A stretch of DNA of 64,000 nucleotides from Bacteroidaceae bacterium (GTDB lineage: Bacteria; Bacteroidota; Bacteroidia; Bacteroidales; Bacteroidaceae), in NCBI GenBank assembly GCA_963660215.1, contig CAVKXW010000003.1, positions 577 to 64,576 on the forward strand, given 5' to 3'. Every line of letters starts with the position of its first letter. The stretch's first letter is position 1. The position numbers and the translations under genes are program-made. Positions 60,343 to 64,000 of the stretch are shown piece by piece. The notes beneath the pieces were generated by a model that worked only from the letters and a program-made list of their open reading frames with translations, was not told where the DNA came from and did not search any database.

Positions 60343-62319
60343 CTATTTCGAAATCTCTTCCAGCTCCTCGGAGAGCAGCATCCACTTTTCGTTCTCTTCG
60401 TCCAGGCTCTTCATGAGCTCGGTGTATTCGGTGACGAGTTCCATGTTGGTGGCATTCTCTGGTTTCATCAGGAGGCTGTCAATCTCTTTCTTCCTATTCT
60501 CTAGCTTCTCTATCCTGGCCTCGCATTCCTTCACCGCCTTCTCAGCCTTGCGGATTTTCTTTTGCTGTTCCTTGTGCTCGGCATAGCTCTGCTTGGCAGA
60601 ACCATCTGCGGCGAGGGATGGAGATGTGGATGGAGAAGCAGAGGCGGAAGAGCCTGATGTCGATGCCAATCCCGATGAGGCAGAAGCCGATGTCAGCGCC
60701 TGATTGATGTTCTCGGCGTTGTGGGCACGAAGATAATCGTAGATGCCACCCAGGTGCTCTCTCACCTTGGCGCTACCAAACTCATACACCTTGTCTACCA
60801 AACCATCCAGGAACTCACGGTCGTGGCTCACGATGATGGCAGTGCCGTCAAATGCCTTGATGGCTTCCTTCAACACATCCTTTGACTGCATGTCGAGGTG
60901 GTTGGTTGGCTCATCGAGAATCAAGAGGTTGACAGGTTCGAGCAACAGCTTGATCATGGCCAGTCGGCTACGCTCGCCTCCACTGAGCACCTTGACATAC
61001 TTTTCCGATGTCTCGCCACCAAACATGAAGGCACCCAGCAAGTCGTTCACCTTGAGCCGCATCTCGCCTGTCGCCACATTGTCGATGGTTTGGAAGATGG
61101 TGAGGTTCTCGTCCAAGAGCTGGGCTTGGTTTTGTGCAAAATATCCTATCTGCACGTTATGTCCTATCTTCAGCGTGCCAGAGAAAGGAATCTCGCCCAT
61201 GATACACTTTACGAGGGTTGACTTACCCTCGCCGTTCTTTCCGACGAACGCCACTTTCTCGCCACGCTTGATGGTCAGGGTTACATGGTCGAAAACGGTA
61301 TGAGCCCCATAGTCTTTGCGCACCTCGTCGCAGATGATAGGATAGTCACCACTTCGCAGACATGGTGGAAACTTGAGATGCATCTGCTTGTTGTCTACCT
61401 CGTCCACTTCGATAGGCACGATTTTCTCCAACTGTTTGATTCGGCTCTGCACCTGCACAGCCTTGGTAGGCTTGTAGCGGAATCGCTCTATGAAGTCCTT
61501 GATGTCGGCAATCTCTTTTTGCTGATTCTCGTAGGCGCGAATCTGCTGTTCGCGACGTTCCTTGCGGAGCACCACATACTCGTCGTATTTCACCTTATAA
61601 TCCTCTACCCTTCCGCAGGTAATCTCCAGCGTGCGGTTGGTCACGTTGTTGATGAAGGCACGGTCGTGGCTCACTAACACCACAGCCTTGGCGCTCTGCG
61701 CCAGAAACTGCTCCAGCCACTGAATGCTCTCGATGTCAAGATGGTTGGTAGGCTCGTCGAGCAAGAGGACATCGGGCCTTTGCAACAATATCTTGGCTAG
61801 CTCGATGCGCATGCGCCAACCTCCCGAGAACTCTCTGGTAGGTCGTTCGAAATCATCACGGGTGAAGCCCAGTCCGCTTAAGGTTCGCTCTATCTCAGCC
61901 TCATAGTTTTCGCCGCCCATCATCATGTAGCGTTCGTGTTCCTGGGTAAACTTCTCCACGAGTTGGGCATAGCTTTCGCTCTCATAGTCGGTGCGGTCGG
62001 CCATCTCTTGCTGCATCTTGTCGAGTCGAGCCTTCATCTCCGTATTGTGTGCGAAAGCTTTGCGAGTTTCTTCCTTTACCGTGGTGTCGTCTTGAAGTTT
62101 CATCACCTGCGGCAGATAACCGATGGTTGTTTCGTTGGGGATAGCCACCACGCCGTCGGTAGGTTTCTGCATGCCGCAGAGTATCTTGAGCATGGTGGAC
62201 TTGCCCGCACCGTTCTTGCCCACAAGGGCGATGCGATCTCGGTCGTTGATAACGAAACTTACGTCATGAAAGAGAGGCTTTACGCCAAACTCTACTTTCA
62301 GTCCTTCTACTGAAATCAT
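60343..62319 (-). CDS. ABC-F family ATPase (two ABC cassettes, C-terminal coiled coil)
   Basis: 658 aa. Two Walker A motifs (GKNGAGKST, GKNGEGKST), two signatures (FSGGWRMR, LSGGERSR), an inter-domain linker and no TM segment. A Ser/Ala-rich tract (TSASASSGLASTSGSSASASPSTSPS) precedes a terminal coiled coil. Confidence 0.9.
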   Translation of the reverse strand: MISVEGLKVEFGVKPLFHDVSFVINDRDRIALVGKNGAGKSTMLKILCGMQKPTDGVVAIPNETTIGYLPQVMKLQDDTTVKEETRKAFAHNTEMKARLDKMQQEMADRTDYESESYAQLVEKFTQEHERYMMMGGENYEAEIERTLSGLGFTRDDFERPTREFSGGWRMRIELAKILLQRPDVLLLDEPTNHLDIESIQWLEQFLAQSAKAVVLVSHDRAFINNVTNRTLEITCGRVEDYKVKYDEYVVLRKERREQQIRAYENQQKEIADIKDFIERFRYKPTKAVQVQSRIKQLEKIVPIEVDEVDNKQMHLKFPPCLRSGDYPIICDEVRKDYGAHTVFDHVTLTIKRGEKVAFVGKNGEGKSTLVKCIMGEIPFSGTLKIGHNVQIGYFAQNQAQLLDENLTIFQTIDNVATGEMRLKVNDLLGAFMFGGETSEKYVKVLSGGERSRLAMIKLLLEPVNLLILDEPTNHLDMQSKDVLKEAIKAFDGTAIIVSHDREFLDGLVDKVYEFGSAKVREHLGGIYDYLRAHNAENINQALTSASASSGLASTSGSSASASPSTSPSLAADGSAKQSYAEHKEQQKKIRKAEKAVKECEARIEKLENRKKEIDSLLMKPENATNMELVTEYTELMKSLDEENEKWMLLSEELEEISK

Positions 62320-62364
62320 CTGATATATTGTTCTATGTTTTAATATTTTTTTCTTTACTTTGCA

Positions 62365-63639
62365 TCAAGGTATTAGCAGTGACGAATCTCCATAACTCAA
62401 GAAACGGAAATTATTTGCCAACGCATAGTCGTAAACCTTTCTCCAGTCGCCATGCAGGAATGCGCTGACCAACAAGAGCAGCGTGCTCTGTGGCTGATGG
62501 AAATTGGTGACCAGCATCTTCACAATCTTGTATGTATAGCCAGGGGCTATGATGATTTGTGTGCTAGAGTGGAGAGCCTCCAATCCATTGCGGTCGAGAT
62601 AGTCGATGATGGCCTGGATGGCCTGCATCGGAGTAATGCCCTGCACCAAGTTGCCGTCTGCCGAGAGCTCATAGGGATCCCACTGGTTCACATGCAGGTC
62701 TTCCTCGTTGGCATCGGGGTGCTGGATGAGATGCACCCCCATGTAGTAGAGGCTTTCGATGGTGCGCACACTGGTGGTGCCCACTGCTATCGCAGTGCAA
62801 TCGTGATGGATAAGCTTCTCCAAGCTGCGGCGATGCACTACAATATATTCCGTATGCATCTGGTGCCCCTCTATCTCAAGGCTCTTCACAGGCTTGAAGG
62901 TGCCTGCGCCCACATGCAGGGTCACTTCCTCGCGGTCGATGCCATGTGCGTCCAAATCCTGCAATACGGCATCCGTGAAATGCAAGCCTGCCGTAGGGGC
63001 AGCCACGCTGCCCTTGATTTTGGAGTAAACCGTTTGATAGGTGGTCTTGTCGCTCTCTTCTGTCTTGCGGTTCAGATATGGAGGTATAGGCAATTCGCCT
63101 ACGGTTTCCAGAATTTCCGCAAAAGAAACTTTCTCGTTGTCCCAATCGAAGTCCACCCAATAGTTGGTGCCTCCGCCCTTAGCGACCATCTGCTGTGCGG
63201 CTGGGGTAAGGGCATCGCCACGACGCATGGTGGCACTCAGGGTGAGCTTATGTCCCTTGATGTCGAAATCTCGCTTCAGGCTTCCCTCTTTCCATTTCTT
63301 CAAGTTGCCTATCATGCAGAGCCAAGAACAATGGCCTGCAGTCTGGAACATCAGCTCATAGTCGGTAGGCTCGGCGGGCTCCATCAAGAAAACCTCAATA
63401 AGCGCACCTGTTTCCTTGCGGAAATGCAGACGCGCTTGTATCACCTTGGTATTGTTGAAAATCATCAAGGCACCTTTTGGCAAATAGGATGGCAAGTGAT
63501 GAAACACATCGTCGCTTACCTCACCGTGCTTGTAGACCAAGAGTTTACTATGGTCTCGCTGTGCGATAGGAAACTTGGCGATGCGCTCATCGGGCAAATC
63601 GTAATTATAATCACTGATCTTTATATGTTTTGTATCCAT
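62365..63639 (-). CDS. queA: S-adenosylmethionine:tRNA ribosyltransferase-isomerase
   Basis: 424 aa. ISDYNYDLPDERIAKFPIAQRDHSKLLV, IPPYL, AAPTAGLHFT, VGTTSVRTIES and TNFHQPQSTLLLLVSAF. Confidence 0.9.
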   Translation of the reverse strand: MDTKHIKISDYNYDLPDERIAKFPIAQRDHSKLLVYKHGEVSDDVFHHLPSYLPKGALMIFNNTKVIQARLHFRKETGALIEVFLMEPAEPTDYELMFQTAGHCSWLCMIGNLKKWKEGSLKRDFDIKGHKLTLSATMRRGDALTPAAQQMVAKGGGTNYWVDFDWDNEKVSFAEILETVGELPIPPYLNRKTEESDKTTYQTVYSKIKGSVAAPTAGLHFTDAVLQDLDAHGIDREEVTLHVGAGTFKPVKSLEIEGHQMHTEYIVVHRRSLEKLIHHDCTAIAVGTTSVRTIESLYYMGVHLIQHPDANEEDLHVNQWDPYELSADGNLVQGITPMQAIQAIIDYLDRNGLEALHSSTQIIIAPGYTYKIVKMLVTNFHQPQSTLLLLVSAFLHGDWRKVYDYALANNFRFLSYGDSSLLIP

Positions 63640-63677
63640 TATTTAATGTTTGTTTCTTCTTGTTTTGATAGTTATTT

Positions 63678-64000
63678 TTATATTTGCGCCATCTTTATGG
63701 TGGCGGATAGGAGCACATAGACCAAGATAAACATCATGACGGTCATGATCTTGTCGATGTCGTCGTAATCATAGCCTGTGCTTGTGTATTGGTTGGAGAC
63801 ATACTGGATATTTGGCGAAATGCGATGGTAGCACTTATTATATAATAGGTATATCAGGCTGCCGATTATGCCTCCCACCGCCAAGCCGCAGATGATATCC
63901 AAAGGATAGTGGACACCCAGATATAGACGAGTCAAGCAATTAGCAAGCGACCAGAGTATCAATGTGCACGTAACCACCCTGCTGCGAATGAGCAAGGCAA
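63678..64000 (-). CDS. PAP2-family phosphatase, C-terminal part only (start lies beyond the window end)
   Basis: The frame is open to position 64000; the M of track ORF 63995 is a TTG inside the frame. It contains the PAP2 C3 motif in SRVV...TRLYLGVHYPLDIICG, followed by hydrophobic helices. Confidence 0.65.
   Translation of the reverse strand, partial: ALLIRSRVVTCTLILWSLANCLTRLYLGVHYPLDIICGLAVGGIIGSLIYLLYNKCYHRISPNIQYVSNQYTSTGYDYDDIDKIMTVMMFILVYVLLSATIKMAQI

Noticed and set aside
1-64000. Search for tRNA, rRNA, CRISPR arrays, IS elements, integrases and toxin-antitoxin pairs
   Set aside because: No intergenic region is longer than about 290 bp and none shows cloverleaf-like or rRNA-like sequence. 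No spacer-repeat arrays and no transposase or recombinase motifs appear in any listed ORF. A covariance-model scan (tRNAscan/Infernal) would be needed to exclude small structured RNAs.

Overview
The window reads as core chromosome of a Bacteroidota bacterium, most likely Prevotellaceae. That placement is an inference from the protein families, the dense coding and the recurring TAnnTTTG -7 promoter boxes close to start codons. I can support 48 protein-coding genes, two of them cut by the window edges. I found no rRNA, tRNA, CRISPR array, transposase or integrase. Layout by block: (1) 1-9.5 kb is a metal-handling block: a His/Cys-rich small ORF, an HME-RND efflux adaptor, the pump and a TolC-like gene on the minus strand, then divergently a DsbD-family reductase and a COG0523 metallochaperone with an extreme His/Glu tract. 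(2) 9.7-21.7 kb holds GNAT-ligA, a lipoprotein serpin, a GH43, an orphan ATP-grasp-like gene, an AAA ATPase and nifJ. (3) 21.9-32.9 kb holds kdgK-eda running without a break into a two-module TPR sensor kinase, a NarL-like regulator and a small membrane protein; divergently it holds LacI-uxaA-NhaC. (4) 33-36.6 kb holds a hypothetical gene, a GH25 lysozyme, a zinc-ribbon membrane protein and a DnaJ-like gene. (5) 36.9-40.6 kb holds a 5'-nucleotidase, nudC and an MFS transporter. (6) 40.9-49.1 kb holds a DUF3127-like gene divergent from dnaN-exonuclease-coaBC-DUF4835-recN, then a protease-like TPR protein. (7) 49.2-64 kb holds an amino-acid ABC system, sdaA, a cyclophilin, a Gly/Tyr-rich putative OMP, wecB, SPFH-NfeD-M48, an M13 peptidase, an ABC-F ATPase, queA and a PAP2 fragment. 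The signals I would look at first: (a) a ~70-nt element present twice (21794 and 40666, about 94% identical by hand alignment), built from four CTTAAG-centred units phased at exactly 22 bp, both copies sitting between convergent gene ends; (b) a DUF3127-like OB-type protein carrying an SSB-style disordered tail that ends in DDLPF, next to dnaN; (c) a 1141-aa sensor protein in which the intact ATPase module has lost its phospho-acceptor His and a second, C-terminal module keeps an H-box but has a degenerate ATPase; (d) a circularly permuted substrate-binding domain fused to an ABC permease; (e) an inhibitory-type serpin lipoprotein. All functional calls rest on motif recognition by eye; no database search was run.
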